Part shown: one piece after another, positions 63,590 to 64,000 of the stretch | Numbering within the stretch: the first letter of the stretch is position 1 | Layout of the letters: each line of letters begins with the position of its first letter | Source of the DNA: a virus | DNA: 64,000 bases | Virus record (IMG/VR): IMGVR_UViG_3300045988_113168 | Strand: one strand, 5' to 3' | The notes under the pieces: generated by a model | Seen by the model: the letters and a program-made list of their open reading frames with translations, nothing else | What the model was told of the DNA's origin: nothing | Database searches by the model: none | Made by a program: the position numbers and the translations under genes

Positions 63590-63611
63590 TTAGCTAAGTA
63601 ACACAGGATAC
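63590..63611 (+). repeat. 22-nt motif copy H
   Basis: TTAGCTAAGTAACACAGGATAC. Confidence 0.8.
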
Positions 63612-63647
63612 TAATAAAAGAAAAGATTTGGAGAGGAATTTACATAT

Positions 63648-64000
63648 ATGGCTATGATTCGTAAGGCATCTGCTGTTCGTAAGAAGCTTCATATGCTGAT
63701 TTATGGCGAACAGGGAACTGGTAAGTCTCGTACTGCTATGCAGCTGTGCTATTTGAAAAATGCAGACGGTAAGCCGTTCCGTGTTCTGTATTTGGATACC
63801 GAGAATGGTTCTATTGATAATTACACCGAGGAGCTGGAAGCCAATGGTGTGAATCCTGATAATCTGCTGATTGTTTACACACAGTCTCTAGCAGAGGTTC
63901 AGGATTATATCAAGATGGTTACCAACGATGAGGATATTGAGGATGAGAATGGAGATGTTTATCTGGATGCAGATGGCAAGCCGTTCCGTGCAGACGCTCT
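63648..64000 (+). CDS. AAA-family (Sak4/AAA_24-like) recombination ATPase, N-terminal part
   Basis: LHMLIYGEQGTGKSRTA Walker A then VLYLDTENG; runs off the right edge. Confidence 0.6.
   Translation, partial: MAMIRKASAVRKKLHMLIYGEQGTGKSRTAMQLCYLKNADGKPFRVLYLDTENGSIDNYTEELEANGVNPDNLLIVYTQSLAEVQDYIKMVTNDEDIEDENGDVYLDADGKPFRADA

Noticed and set aside
1-64000. Prophage boundaries, attL/attR, or cos/pac ends
   Set aside because: No host-like genes or direct repeats flanking the integrases could be identified within the window, so boundaries cannot be called from this sequence alone.

Overview
The window reads as part of a large tailed-phage or prophage genome. The host is probably Gram-positive (Bacillota), judging by strong GGAGG Shine-Dalgarno sites, frequent GTG/TTG starts, and EndoA-type MazF, SleB-type hydrolase and ClpP/PhoH genes.

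Layout:
- 1-28644: one leftward (minus-strand) block. It holds two large paralogous unknowns, a Bro-N antirepressor, a 927-aa protein with a DxDGD motif (YonO/RdRP-like single-subunit RNA polymerase candidate), ClpP-like, PhoH-like and metallophosphoesterase genes, and a 5-gene tRNA cluster that includes an amber suppressor. It continues with terminase, portal, scaffold, a major capsid gene split by a group I intron carrying a homing endonuclease, tail/structural genes, a DUF1064 gene and a tyrosine integrase.
- 28645-30446: a 1.8-kb non-coding control region with repeats, structured elements and divergent promoter-like motifs.
- 30447-64000: a rightward block of about 75 mostly tiny early-type ORFs. 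Embedded in it are an RHH regulator, a second antirepressor, a second tyrosine recombinase, a DnaD-like protein, a SleB-like hydrolase, a MazF-like toxin, a kinase-phosphatase-ligase RNA-repair enzyme, a 9-member tRNA/tRNA-like array, a C5-methyltransferase-like plus radical-SAM pair, an SSB-like protein and an AAA ATPase.

Most notable signals:
1. Evidence that TAG is read as sense. There is a CUA-anticodon tRNA on a tRNA-Trp-like scaffold, two well-supported genes with in-frame TAG, and no called gene ending in TAG.
2. A 22-nt motif (TTAGCTATATAAYACAGGATAC) in 9 copies, mostly just upstream of operon starts, sometimes as inverted pairs. One pair flanks a MazF plus recombinase-like cassette.
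3. An RNA damage/repair island with non-canonical tRNA-like RNAs and repeated structured leaders.
4. A group I intron with homing endonuclease in the capsid gene.
5. A methyltransferase-like plus radical-SAM pair that may modify DNA.

All calls are by eye from the sequence and ORF track. No searches were run.
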